NCBI GenBank assembly: GCA_963850905.1
Contig: CAWKMU010000003.1
Span: forward strand, 2,112,001 to 2,176,000
Reading direction: 5' to 3'
Length of the DNA stretch: 64,000 bases
DNA from: an uncultured Gemmatimonadales bacterium
GTDB taxonomy: Bacteria; Gemmatimonadota; Gemmatimonadetes; Gemmatimonadales; Gemmatimonadaceae
The position numbers and the translations under genes were made by a program. This document shows positions 21,656 through 33,274 of the stretch, piece by piece. Within the stretch, counting starts at the first letter, position 1, and each line of letters begins with the position of its first letter. The notes under the pieces were generated by a model. The model searched no databases. It was not told where the DNA came from and saw only the letters and a program-made list of their open reading frames with translations.

Positions 21656-23332
21656 ATGACCCGACCGCCAATCGTGAAGCTGTTACGGCTGCTCATCTGC
21701 CTTGTCCCCGCCGCGCTGTCGGCGCAGGCCACAGCCACCCATCAACTCACGATTGGCACGCGCCTCGAGGGTACGCTCACACCCGGGTCGATCGACACCT
21801 ACACACTGGCGGTCCATGCGGGTGACCTTGTCACTCTCAAGGTGGTGGATAGCAGCGGGGCCGTGATCGCATCCCTCTTCGATCCAGCCCGCAAGCTCAA
21901 ACGAGCATTCTTGTCGACGCTGCTCGAGGGCGAGCCGATCAGGTTCCGCGCGAGCGAGTCAGGGACATGGCGCGTGTCGGTGTCGGCTTCCGCCAAGGAC
22001 GTGCGCGCCAGTTACGCGATCACCCTGCTCGGCGACGCCGCCCCGCGACCGGTCCCGGCACCCCCGGACTCCAACAGGAGCGAACGGATCGCAGGACTCA
22101 AGACACCGGCGGATGTGACCCGGTTTTGGCGCGATGGGGGCGCTCAGGGAAGCCCGCTGATCGAAGACGTCAAGGGTGACCCCAAGTCCAGCCTGGTGTC
22201 GTTTCTCTGGCGGGGGGATCAGGCAACCCGCGGTGTGCTGGTCTTGTACCAGCCCTGCTACCGAGAGGCAACGAAGTGCTTGATGACGCGTGTCGCGGGA
22301 ACGGACCTGTGGTACAAGTCGATCCGTATGGATCGCCGCACGCGTACCAACTACACGATCGTGCCGAACCCGCCGCACTTCACCGACCGGACGTTCGGCG
22401 ATTCGGGCGTTCAGGCGGTCGTCGACGCTGCGCAGCAGCGCGATCCGCTGAACCAGCGGACAATGTTTGACGACCCACGGAGTCCCGACCTCGAGCCGTA
22501 CCGAAGTGCGTCGCTTCTCGAGCTGCCGGGCGCGCCACCCCAACCGTGGATTCAACGACGATCCGACATTCCGGCAGGGAAGCTCGACACGGCCCACATT
22601 GAGAGCAAACTGCTCAAGAACACGCGCAAGATCACCGTGTATACGCCGCCTGGATACTCGACGGCGGCACCTCCCTACGGGCTGCTGCTCGTGTTCGATG
22701 GCGACACCTACATCTATGTTGTCCCCACACCGATCATTCTGGACAATCTGATTGACGCCAAGCGAATTCCACCCGTCGTAGCTGTGATGATCGGCAACGT
22801 TGAGCGCGGCAGGGAACTGCCATGCAACCCGACCTTTGCCGATTTTCTGAGCACCGAATTGGTGCCGTGGTTGCGCAGCCACTACAACGTCACCACTGAC
22901 CCGCGGCAGGTCACGATCGGCGGGTCGAGCTACGGCGGGTTGGCGGCGACGTGGGCTGGGCTGCGGCACCCCGAGACGTTCGGGAACATCCTCTCGCAGT
23001 CCGGATCGTACTGGTGGACGCCACCCCCCGACACGTCCAAGCCCGACAATTTCGCTCCGGAGGCCGACCCGAGCTACGTCGCGCAGTTGTTTGCGGCGAG
23101 CCCGAAGTTGCCGCTGCGCTTCTATCTCGATGCCGGATCGATGGAGCTGGACATGACTGGCCGCGGCGGGTCGATCCTCGTGCCGAACCGGCATCTCCGT
23201 GATGTGTTACGCGCCAAGGGCTATGATGTGTCGTATCGCGAGTTCATTGGAGCCCACGACTATGCGAGCTGGCGAGAGACGCTGGCTGACGGCCTCATTC
23301 TTCTGATCGGCACGCCGCCAAGCGCTTCCTAG
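21656..23332 (+). CDS. Enterochelin esterase (Fes)-like exported esterase with N-terminal PPC-like domain
   Basis: VSFLWRG, VYTPPGY, FDGD, GGSSYGG, SQSGSYWW, GAHDYASWR. Confidence 0.85.
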   Translation: MTRPPIVKLLRLLICLVPAALSAQATATHQLTIGTRLEGTLTPGSIDTYTLAVHAGDLVTLKVVDSSGAVIASLFDPARKLKRAFLSTLLEGEPIRFRASESGTWRVSVSASAKDVRASYAITLLGDAAPRPVPAPPDSNRSERIAGLKTPADVTRFWRDGGAQGSPLIEDVKGDPKSSLVSFLWRGDQATRGVLVLYQPCYREATKCLMTRVAGTDLWYKSIRMDRRTRTNYTIVPNPPHFTDRTFGDSGVQAVVDAAQQRDPLNQRTMFDDPRSPDLEPYRSASLLELPGAPPQPWIQRRSDIPAGKLDTAHIESKLLKNTRKITVYTPPGYSTAAPPYGLLLVFDGDTYIYVVPTPIILDNLIDAKRIPPVVAVMIGNVERGRELPCNPTFADFLSTELVPWLRSHYNVTTDPRQVTIGGSSYGGLAATWAGLRHPETFGNILSQSGSYWWTPPPDTSKPDNFAPEADPSYVAQLFAASPKLPLRFYLDAGSMELDMTGRGGSILVPNRHLRDVLRAKGYDVSYREFIGAHDYASWRETLADGLILLIGTPPSAS

Positions 23333-23354
23333 CCGACTAGGAGTCCCCTCGGCT

Positions 23355-25191
23355 CTAGCCACCAGCATCCCTGGCCGCGGCTATCACATATTGGGGAACG
23401 AGCACATCGCGCCACCGGCGCCAGATCCCATAGCGTTGGTAGTCGGCGCCGGTGATCACCACCGCGATGTCGAGCTCGGGCAGCACGATCAGGAACTGTC
23501 CACCGTTGCCATTGGCCTCGTACTCGCGGAACGTGCGGCCACCGCTCGTCAGTGTGTGTCGATGCCAGGCGTACCCGTCGGCGTCCGCGGTCCCTGCGGG
23601 CCCGACCTGCTGCGCGGTGGATTCATCGACCCAGGCCTTCGTGACGATCCGTCGACCATTCCACACGCCGCCCTGCAGGTATGCGACGCCGAACTTGAGC
23701 AGGTCGCGAGGGATGATCTGCACGCCGCCGCCGAAATACGCCTGACCGGTCGGCATGAGGTTGACGAAATAGCGCTGAAACTGGAGCGGCGTTGCGACCC
23801 ACCTGTCGAAGAGCGCCGGGAGCCACGCGTGTTCCACCGCCGCGACCACGCCGCCAGCCAAATTCATCGTGGCCGAGCAGTACGCGTAGTGTTGTCCCGG
23901 ATCGTGCGTCATGGGCAGGTCGAGCGTGTACTTGTACCAGTCCGGCTGGGCCTGCTGCGACTGCATCACATCCTCGTTGCCGGGCGCCGGGTCTCCATTG
24001 TCGTCGCATGCGAGACCGGTGCTGTGCGTCAGGAGCTCGCCCAACGTGATCCGCAGCTTGCGGGGATCCGCATTCGCGAACGGCGTGTCGCCCCCGAACG
24101 CGGCGTAGACGCGCGTCGACGGACCGATCGGTGCACCGTGCATCATCGCGGCCCCGACGAGGACCGACGCGAATGTCTTGGATGCCGACCGAAGGTCGTG
24201 GGGCCGCGATCGATAGAAGCCGTAGAAGTACTCGTCCAGCACCAGCTTCCCATGCCGGGCGACGAGCACCGACTGAATGAGTGGCGTCGTGTCGATCAGG
24301 GGGTCGCCGTGCGCGACGTAGCGAACCAACTCCGCCAACCGGTTCTCGTCGAGGCCAACCGTCCCGGCGCGTGCCGTCGCCCATCCATCGGGCGCCGGCA
24401 GGGGAGCTCGATATTCATATTCGGTTCCCGTTGGAGTCCGCGGGTAGAGGCCGATCGCGTTGTCGCGATCGCGGCGCGTGAGCACGACCGGACGGCCCAG
24501 GTCGCCCCATGGAACGGTGAGTTGCTGCTGGGCGGAATCGTAGGTGGCCCCGATCGGGGATGGTCCGTTGCGACGCCCCTGGGCCGTGTCGGTGAATCGC
24601 ACGGTCGCGCCGGTTCGCTCGACCAAGAACGCCGCGGCACCACCGCGGGAGTTGGCCTCCGGATTGTGAAAGGAGCCGACCAATGACCCATCAGGACGCC
24701 GCCTGACGGTCAGGTACAGAGAGAAGCGTTCGTCCAGTGGGACGACGTCACCACGCCAGAGGCTGGAGGTGTGGTTGCCCGCTGCGCGATCGAGCCGAAG
24801 CGGCGAGGCGTATGGCACTCCCATGACGGGGCCGGGCGGCTGGATCCAGAACCCGACGATCGCCAGGCTGTCGGCGAGCATATGTCCGCGAAACTGCCCC
24901 TGGCGGTCGGGAAGGACGATCCAGAATGCTATCGCGGCTGGTTCTGGCCGCTGTCTCGAATCCAGCGATGCGCGCGTCCCAACCATCGGGCGTCCGCACG
25001 ACCGTCAACTCACCGCGGACCAGCGGACCGTAGATGTCTTCCGCGCCCCACGCGCCGACCAGGCCCGTGTCGGAAGCCGTCGGCGCCCCCGGGGCGTGCG
25101 ATCCAGCCGGTACCTCAGCTGGAACGCGTACGGCGACCGCGACGAGCAGAGCGAGAACGTGAGCTGACAGCGGCAACCAGACCACGCCCAT
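23355..25191 (-). CDS. Serine hydrolase (beta-lactamase family), exported; apparent frameshift at ~24925
   Basis: SASK (SxxK), LLTHSTGL, YAYCS, GNGGQ; N-terminus in ORF 24748-25191 joins as RDSIWIVLPD. Confidence 0.85.
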
Positions 25192-27333
25192 CAGTGCGCA
25201 TTCAGTGCTGTGACCGGCGCCCCCGCTTGTCGCGGGATGACGGGTAAGACGACGTGCGACGGGTGCTCCGGGTCGTGCAAGATCCGCTGATGCGCCACCA
25301 CGAACGTGCTGTCATGCTCGTTGTTCCCGCCGGTATTCAGGTTGCGATCAAACTTGGGGAAGAGGGCTGACGAGACCGTCACCCGGATGCGGTGACCGGG
25401 CTCGAAGACGCGCGACGTGAACCAGAGATCGATGTCGTACCGTTCGATGCTTCCTGGCGTGAGCAGCACTTCCTTATCGAAGCCGTGCCGGAAGCGGGCC
25501 CGCATCAAACCGTCCTGCACTCGCTGCGCGTGGCCGTCCGGAAACACGTCAAGCAGCATCACGTTCCAGTCGGCATCTTTGGCATCGCTCGCGGCCCACA
25601 GCGTGGCCGACATCTGGCCGGTTACCTCGATGGGGTTCGTGAGCGGCTTCGACGTGAAGACGAGCTCATCATGTCGCGACGCATTGAGCTCGGTGTAGTC
25701 CTCGTTGAGCGACTCCTCGAGCTCACGGGAATCGATCAGAAAAGGCGTCGGGTCCGCCGGATTGTAGGCGAACGTGTCCGCCGCGGCGCCCGTTGGAGGG
25801 ATCGTGTCGAGTACGCCGTCACCGGCGCTCGTATTCGCGCCTCCGCCCGATGCCAGATACCAGTTGGTGGGCACCTGGCGAGCGAGGGGCCACGAGGCTT
25901 CATGCCGCCAGACGTTGTCCCCGAATACGAAGATGTCGACCGGCGGCTCGCGGTCCACGCCGTTGTCCTTGCCGAGCAGGTAATGATCGAACCAGCGGAG
26001 CTGCAGGCGTCGCGTCTCGACGCGTGATTGCGGTCCGAACTCACCGGCGACGTAGTCGACGCCCTTGTGCGCTCCAGGCCCCATCACGAGGCGAATGAAT
26101 GGGTGGCCCGGTACCTTGTTGAGCGCGTCGGTATAGTCGATCGGGCCACGCGAGTCATCGTACCACCCCGAGATCTGCAGCACCGGCGCACGCTCTTTCG
26201 CGATATTCGTCGTCACCGCGTGCGCGCGCCAGTATGCATCGAGGTCCGGGTGCGCGATCCAGCGATCCCAAAGCGGCACGTCACCGCACCCCAGCCGCTG
26301 GGGCAAGGTGCTGAGTGGCAGGTGGGTGAGGGCCGAGCCAATGTCCAGGTCGCCGACATCCTGCAGCGTGCGCGCACGCATGAGGCACGCCCACGCCACA
26401 TTGATCGGCGAAAACACCATCTCCTCGTAGGGAACGATCCGCCACGGGTCACCCGACGCAGCCGAGGGCGCGATGGCGGCAAGGTGCGGCGGCGCACTGA
26501 CGGCAGCGTACCACGCGAGCCGCCCCTCGTCCGAGTGCCCGATCAACCCGACCCGGCCATTGGCGCCCGGTAGCTTCGCCGCCCACTCGACCGCGTCGTA
26601 GCCGTCACGCACGTCGGTGTCGTAATCGCCGAAGTCCTTGCCGTCGGAGACGTCGCGGCCACGGACGTGCTGCGCGACGAAGATGTACCCTCGCGACGCC
26701 CAGTAACGGCCGGCAGGATGCAGAGATGCGAGTGTACGGCGTTCGTTGCAGCACGACGCCGAACGGCCCCTTACCGACCGGACGCGCAACGTACGCAGCC
26801 AGCCGCGCCCCGTCTCGGGTCTTCATGAAGACCAGGGTGTCCTCGGTCACCGCGTACTGCGAATCGGACACGGCCCCGGGCCACAACAAGTACGGCTGCT
26901 CCACCACGAACGGTGTGGAGCGGCGCACGAGACGAATGCGCTGGCCAGCGGGCTTGCCATCCCGTAGCAGCACGCCCGTGAGCGTGTCGCCGTGCCAGGC
27001 CGCGTCGATCGATCGGCTGCTATCGTCGCTGAGGATGACCGAGTCCGACCGCTGCGCGACGTGCGTCACGACGAGCATCGGCTCGCCAGTGCGGCGCCGG
27101 ACGGATCCTGCAGGGGTCGAGTCGCCGGCGGCGAAGTGCGCGAACGCCATCCGTCGCCACCCCTCGAAGCCCGGGAGCGTTGTCGCGCCTCTCGCCAGAT
27201 AGGCATCCCAGTCGCCGGCGAGGGAATGCGAGCCTCCAGTTGGCGCGCACGCCGCGGCAGCCCACAGAACGAGGCCAAGGGTGATGGCGCACGCTGGTGC
27301 GCGCCGGACAGGCACGAAGCGGATACAGCGCAT
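25191..27333 (-). CDS. CocE/NonD (S15) family hydrolase, lipoprotein; apparent frameshift at ~26723
   Basis: MKTRDGARLAA, QRTPY, VRGRDVSDG, GHSDEG, GWYDD, FDRNLNTG; lipobox AAAAC. Confidence 0.85.
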
Positions 27334-27513
27334 AGTCGGTGCCTCGGAAGGTTGGCGAAAGACGCCCGCGCGTCGGGAGGGGAGAATATGCGCTTGGCCG
27401 GACGGACGCCAGCGTGAACGGCCCGCCTCCCGAGCGACGTGGTGGTGGCATATCATATGTTGAGTGAACATGCCGTCGCCGCTCCTCGACCCGAACCTCG
27501 GACCCCTGCTCCC

Positions 27514-28224
27514 GTGCGCATCGGCGACATGAACTGGATGCAGGTGGAGGAGTACCTCCGTCGCGACGACCGCGCGGTTCTCCCGCTCGGCAGCACGGAA
27601 CAGCACAGCCACCTCCGCCTGACGGTCGACTGCATCCTGCCGGAGCGTGTCGCAGCCGAAGCGGCTGAGCCCTTGGGCGTGCCGGTCTTCCCCGTCGTGG
27701 CCTACGGGGTGACACCGTATTTCCGCGAATTTCCGGGAACGATCTCGCTCCGGGTGGAGACGCACCTGCACATAGTCGGCGATATCCTCGACAGCATGGC
27801 GCACAGTGGGTTCCGCCGCATTCTCATCGTCAATGGCCACGGCGGCAACGGCGCGGTGCAACAATTCGCGCAGGAGTGGACTGCCGATCACGCGAACTGC
27901 CGCGTGATGTTTCACAACTGGTGGAATGCGCCGCGTACCTGGGCCAAGGTGCAGGCGATCGACCCGATCGCTTCGCACGGGTCGTGGATGGAGAACTTTC
28001 CGTGGACCCGACTGCCGGGCATCCATCTCCCGACGACGCAGCGTCCCATGGTGAGCGCTGAGCAGGTGCGTGCGCTCGATCCGGCGGCGCTCCGCAAGCA
28101 CATCGGCGACGGCAATTTTGGCGGCCTGTACCAACGGTCCGACGCGGAGATGCTCGCGATTTGGGACATCGCGGTCGATGAGACACGGGCCCTGCTGTCC
28201 GGATCCTGGGGCAGCGCGTCGTAG
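27514..28224 (+). CDS. Creatininase / amidohydrolase family protein
   Basis: PLGSTEQH, FPGTISL, NGHGGN, SHGSWMENF; start may be 27457. Confidence 0.9.
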   Translation: MRIGDMNWMQVEEYLRRDDRAVLPLGSTEQHSHLRLTVDCILPERVAAEAAEPLGVPVFPVVAYGVTPYFREFPGTISLRVETHLHIVGDILDSMAHSGFRRILIVNGHGGNGAVQQFAQEWTADHANCRVMFHNWWNAPRTWAKVQAIDPIASHGSWMENFPWTRLPGIHLPTTQRPMVSAEQVRALDPAALRKHIGDGNFGGLYQRSDAEMLAIWDIAVDETRALLSGSWGSAS

Positions 28225-28237
28225 CAGGCCACCGACG

Positions 28238-29263
28238 ATGCGAAGTCTCGTGTGGGGCGCTGGCGCGATCGGCGGCACGATGGGTGCGCACCTCGCGCGC
28301 GCGGGCCACGACGTGACCCTGGTCGACGTCGTCGAGGAGCACGTGGCGGCCATCAATTGCGCAGGGCTCCACATCACGGGGCCCATCGCCAGCTTCACGA
28401 CTCTCGTTCCCGCTTTCACACCCGCCACGCTGACTGGCACGTGGGACACGATCGTGCTCGCGACGAAGGCCCACCACACCGAAGCTGCGGTGCGGACGCT
28501 CTTACCATTCCTGAGCCCTCCTGGATGCGTCGTATCCGCTCAGAACGGACTCAACGAGCTCGCCATCGCGAGCGTGGTGGGTCGGCAGCGAACCGTCGGC
28601 GCATTCCTGAACTTCGGGGCCGACTATCTGGGGCCGGGTGTGATTCACTATGGCGGACGCGGGGCTGTTGTCGTCGGCGAGATCGATGGCCGCGTCACGC
28701 CCCGAGCTACTGTGATCCGTGATGCGTGGCGCGACTTCGACGACCGAGCCGTCGTCACACCCAACATCTGGGGCTTCCTGTGGGGGAAAGAAGCGTACGG
28801 CGCGATGCTGTTCGCGACGGCGCTCACCGATGAGTCGATTGCGGACGCCCTCGCGATGCTACGCTATCGGGAGCTCTACATCGCGCTGGCACGCGAGATC
28901 CTGGCAGTGGCGGACGCACGTGGAGTGACACCAGAGGCGTTCGACGGATTCGATCCGGCCGCGTACGCGCTGACCGGACCGCCCGGCGCTGCCTCGGCGT
29001 CGCTCGATGCTCTCGTTGCGTTCAACCGTCGCTCGGCCAAGTCGCACAGCGGCATCTGGCGCGACCTCGCCGTGCGCAAACGCCGCACGGAAGTGGATGC
29101 CCAGTTGGGCATCGTGGTGCAGCTCGCCCGGGACGCGGGCATCGCGGCCCCGCTGACCGCGCGCCTCGTCGACTTGATTCATGATATTGAGGCCGGCGGA
29201 CGCCCCCAGTCGCTCGAGACCCTGGATGCACTCGCGGCGACCACCGCGAATATCGACTCGTGA
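28238..29263 (+). CDS. Ketopantoate reductase (PanE/ApbA) family oxidoreductase
   Basis: WGAGAIGG, LATKA, SAQNGL, LWGK, RTEVDAQ. Confidence 0.85.
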   Translation: MRSLVWGAGAIGGTMGAHLARAGHDVTLVDVVEEHVAAINCAGLHITGPIASFTTLVPAFTPATLTGTWDTIVLATKAHHTEAAVRTLLPFLSPPGCVVSAQNGLNELAIASVVGRQRTVGAFLNFGADYLGPGVIHYGGRGAVVVGEIDGRVTPRATVIRDAWRDFDDRAVVTPNIWGFLWGKEAYGAMLFATALTDESIADALAMLRYRELYIALAREILAVADARGVTPEAFDGFDPAAYALTGPPGAASASLDALVAFNRRSAKSHSGIWRDLAVRKRRTEVDAQLGIVVQLARDAGIAAPLTARLVDLIHDIEAGGRPQSLETLDALAATTANIDS

Positions 29264-30027
29264 CGCACGCTCTCGACGGGAAGATCGCCATCGTCACCGG
29301 AGCCGCGCACGGGTTCGGGCGCGCGATCAGCATTGCGTTGGCCGAGCGCGGCGCAAGCGTATGGTCCTGCGACGTGATCGAGGGAAAGCTGGCCGAGACG
29401 GCGCGTCAATGTGCCGCCCGTGGTGGGACGTGCGCCGTCCGCGTGGTGGACGTGCGCGACCGCACCGCGGTGCAGGCACTCGTCGCGCAGGCATCGGCCG
29501 CGACGGACCGCGTCGACATCTTGGTGAATAATGCCGGAGGTGTGCTTGGCCAGGTCGGACGGCCGCTGGAGCAGGTGACGCCGGAAGAGTGGCAGAGCAT
29601 CTTCGACGTGAACGTGACCGGCGCATTCAATTGTGCCCAGGCCGTCGCGCCCGGTATGAAAGCGGCCCGCGCGGGGCGAATCATCAACATCTCGAGCGGT
29701 GCCGGCTTGGGCATCAGCCTCACTGGAATCCAGGCGTACGCCTCTGCGAAGGCGGCGCAGATCGGCCTGACTCGACAGTTGGCGCATGAGCTTGGGCCGT
29801 GGGGCATAACGGTCAACAACATCGCGCCGGGATTTGTTCGCTCCAACCCGACGACCGAGCGTCAATGGCAGTCCTATGGCGCCGACCGCCAGCGGGCGCT
29901 AGTCGAAGCCATAGCACTCAAGCGGTTGGGCACGCCGGAGGACATTGCCTTCGGCGTCCTGTTCTTCGCGTCCGACCAGGCGAACTGGATCACCGGCCAG
30001 GTGCTCTCCATCGATGGCGGCAAATGA
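29260..30027 (+). CDS. Short-chain dehydrogenase/reductase
   Basis: TGAAHGFG, NNAG, YASAK, NNIAPG. Confidence 0.93.
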   Translation: MTHALDGKIAIVTGAAHGFGRAISIALAERGASVWSCDVIEGKLAETARQCAARGGTCAVRVVDVRDRTAVQALVAQASAATDRVDILVNNAGGVLGQVGRPLEQVTPEEWQSIFDVNVTGAFNCAQAVAPGMKAARAGRIINISSGAGLGISLTGIQAYASAKAAQIGLTRQLAHELGPWGITVNNIAPGFVRSNPTTERQWQSYGADRQRALVEAIALKRLGTPEDIAFGVLFFASDQANWITGQVLSIDGGK

Positions 30028-31439
30028 TGGCGATCGCGCCACTGCTGGCACGGCTGCGTGCGTCCCATGAGCGAGCGCTCTCGGACCTGATGGAGTTCGC
30101 TCGCATCCCGAGCGTCAGCACCGATCCCGCGCACGCGGGCGACGTGAGTGCGGCGGCGCGGTGGGTTGCGGCGGCGCTCGCGGCGGCCGGACCGTTCGCA
30201 GTCCGGACGATGCCGACGACAGGCAACCCGGTCGTGTACGCCGAGTGGCGCGGCGCGCCTGGGAAGCGAACAGTGCTCGTGTACGGCCACTACGATGTCC
30301 AGCCGCCCGACCCTGTCGACAAGTGGGTGAGCCCGCCCTGGGTGCCGACGGTGCGCGATGGGCGTCTCTACGCGCGCGGCGTCTCCGACGACAAAGGGCC
30401 GATGCTGATTCCGATCGTGGTGGCCGCGGCGTTTTTTGCGGAGACGGGCGGCCTACCAGTGAACGTCAAATGCCTCTTCGAGGGCGAGGAGGAGATCGGG
30501 AGCCCGAGCCTCGATGCGTTCATTCGAGAGAACCGCGATCTGTTGGCCGCGGACGTCGTCCTGTCGGCCGACGGTGCGATGTGGCGCATCGATGAGCCAT
30601 CGTTGACGCTCGCGAGTCGAGGGCTGGCGGCGCTCGAGCTGACCCTGACCGCTGCATCGAAGGATCTGCATTCGGGCCGGCACGGTGGGGCGGTCGCCAA
30701 CCCGTTGCATGCGATGGCACGGCTGATCGCGACGCTGCATGACGCCGACGGCCGCGTCGCTGTCGCCGGGTTCTACGACAGGGTGCTGGAGCTGACCGCG
30801 ACGGAGCGAGCCGCGATCGCCGCGCTGCCATTCGACGAAGCGATATACCTCGCGCAGGTAGGCGCGCCATCGCCGTTCGGTGAAACCGGGTACACGACGC
30901 TCGAACGCCTGTGGACGCGTCCAACGCTCGAGGTCAACGGGATGTGGGGCGGGTACCAGGGGCCGGGGCAGAAGACGGTCATCCCCGGAGAGGCGCACGC
31001 GAAGATCACCTGCCGTCTCGTGCCGAGCCAGGACCCGGCAGAGGTGGTCGGTCTCGTCACTCGTCACCTCGAGGCTCACGTGCCGGCCGGTACGCGGCTG
31101 GCCGTCGACGCCGGCACACACGGGGCTCGTCCGGCCGCCATCCCGGCCGATCACTTTGCTCTGCGTGCGGCCGACGTCGCGCTTCACGCGGTCTATGGCG
31201 TGCGGCCATTGATCGTGCGCATGGGCGGCACGGTCCCCGTCGCGGAGCTCTTCGAGCGATATATGGGACTGCACACGGTCTTTTTCTCGTTCTCGACCGC
31301 TGACGAAGACTATCACGCGCCCAACGAGTTCTTTCGCATCCACCGGCTGCACGAAGGGCTCGAGGCGTGGGCACGGTACCTCGAGCTGCTCGGGACCGGC
31401 GCACAGCTGAGCATCGAGAAGGCTCGGGAGGCGGGTTGA
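30024..31439 (+). CDS. M20 family dipeptidase / deacylase
   Basis: YGHYDVQP, ARGVSDDKG, EGEEEIGS, DLHSG, HAPNE. Confidence 0.92.
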   Translation: MMAIAPLLARLRASHERALSDLMEFARIPSVSTDPAHAGDVSAAARWVAAALAAAGPFAVRTMPTTGNPVVYAEWRGAPGKRTVLVYGHYDVQPPDPVDKWVSPPWVPTVRDGRLYARGVSDDKGPMLIPIVVAAAFFAETGGLPVNVKCLFEGEEEIGSPSLDAFIRENRDLLAADVVLSADGAMWRIDEPSLTLASRGLAALELTLTAASKDLHSGRHGGAVANPLHAMARLIATLHDADGRVAVAGFYDRVLELTATERAAIAALPFDEAIYLAQVGAPSPFGETGYTTLERLWTRPTLEVNGMWGGYQGPGQKTVIPGEAHAKITCRLVPSQDPAEVVGLVTRHLEAHVPAGTRLAVDAGTHGARPAAIPADHFALRAADVALHAVYGVRPLIVRMGGTVPVAELFERYMGLHTVFFSFSTADEDYHAPNEFFRIHRLHEGLEAWARYLELLGTGAQLSIEKAREAG

Positions 31440-31441
31440 GC

Positions 31442-33223
31442 ATGCTAAAGGAGCAAAGCCGGGAAGCTCCTGGCATTCGGCTTCTCGAGTGGGTGCTCCA
31501 GGACGTGCGCTACGCGTGGCGCGGCTTGCGGGCACGGCCAGCGTTTAGCGCGGGTATCGCACTGACGTTGGCGCTGGGCATCGGTGCGAACACCACGATG
31601 TTCGGCATCGTCGACCGCCTGATGCTTCGATCGCCAACCTACCTCGTGGATGCGGACCACGTCCATCGCGTCTACATGACCCACATCAACGCTCGGCAGG
31701 AGATCATCCAGGAAAGCACATCGCTTGCCCGCTACCGGGATTTCCAGCGGTGGACGCACTCGTTCTCGAACATTGCCGCGTTTGTGACATGGCGCATCGC
31801 GGTTGGCGAAGGTGAGACGACTCGGGAATGGCCGGTTGCCGGGGTGAGCGCGAGTTACTTCGACCTGTTCGACGCTCGTCCGGCGGCCGGACGCTATTTC
31901 ACGCCGGAGGAAGACCGCCTGCCGACCGGATCCCCGGTCGTGGTCCTGGGATATTCGTACTGGCAGACGCAGCTCGGCGGTCGGCGAGACGTACTTGGGC
32001 ATGAGCTGCGGATCGGCCGCATGCTCTTCACAGTGCTTGGCGTGGCGCCGGAACACTTCGCGGGGTTGGACGACGAAGGGCCAGTGCCGGCCATGTTCAT
32101 CCCGATTTCAGCGTTTGCATGGAACGCGCGATCCCATGACAACTCGACGAATTACGATTGGGGGTGGCTCGCCCTCGTCGCGAAGCGTGCACCCGGCATC
32201 AACCTTGACGTTGCCAACGCGGATCTGACGGGGGCAGTTGTGCGGAGTTGGGGCGCACAGTACGCTGCCGATCCGGGAAACAGCATCCCGGTCGAGTCGG
32301 CTCGCCCACACGCGACCCTGGGGCCGGTTCAGATCAGCCGAGGGCCGGATGCAACGCCGGAGGCGGAAGTTGCAGCCTGGGTGTGGGGTGTCGCCGGCAT
32401 CGTGCTGCTCATCGCATGCGCGAATGTCGCAAATCTGCTACTCGCGCGCGCCCTCACGCGGCGTCGCGAGCTCTCGCTGCGCCTCGCGCTCGGCGCGAGC
32501 CGAGGCCGCCTCATGGGGCAGGTCGCGACGGAAGCCGCGATCCTTGCCCTCCTGGGTGGTGCCATCGGCATCGGCATCGCGGAGTGGGGCGGTCTGGTCA
32601 TTCGTACGCTGTTCCTCGCGCCGGATGTTGTCGCGCCGGTGTTCACGGACGCGCGCACGATGGCTGTCGCATTTGGTGTCTCGCTTGTCACGGCTCTGCT
32701 GGTCGGAATGGTGCCGGCGGTGTACGCCGCGCATTCCGAATGGGCTGAAGGACTCAAGTCAGGAGGACGTGGCGCGAGTGCACCGACGTCGCGCGCACGC
32801 AGCGGCCTGCTGGTCTTTCAGGCGGCGTTGTCCGTCGTGTTGCTTATCGGCGCAGGCCTCTTTGTCCGCAGCCTGTACAACGTCAGGGCCCTCCGTCTGG
32901 GCTACGACGCGAGCTCGCTCATCCTGGTGATGGAGAATCTGCGCGGTATGCGGCTAAGCGACTCCGGCCAGATCGCTCTCGAAAACCAACTGGCGGACGC
33001 AGCGCTCCGTCTCGTCATCGCTGGCGTGGCGTGTGGTAGCGCGCTCGCAGTGTTGTGTGGACGGCTCCTCACGCCACTGCTGTTCAACGAGTCGGCGACA
33101 GACCCAGTGGTCTATGTGACGGTCGCCGCCGCGCTCCTGGCCGTGGCGGCTGTGGCGTGCACCCTGCCAGCGCTGCGCGCTGTGCGAGTCGATCCGAATA
33201 CCGCATTGCGAACGGACGGCTAG
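31442..33223 (+). pseudogene. ADOP/MacB-type ABC permease with large in-frame internal deletion
   Basis: QDVRYAWRGL, LLIACANVANLLL, Q..LS.VLL.GAGLFVRSL, then jumps at ~33000 to the last TM helices and VDPNTALRTD; second periplasmic domain missing. Confidence 0.7.
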
Positions 33224-33274
33224 CGGGTCTTCAAATCGTTCGCCGCACCGGAGATCGAGTTCGAGGTGACGACC

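Noticed and set aside
26605..28479. 624-aa minus-strand ORF
   Set aside because: Only 27333 downward is the real CocE N-terminus; the rest is antisense to the creatininase operon
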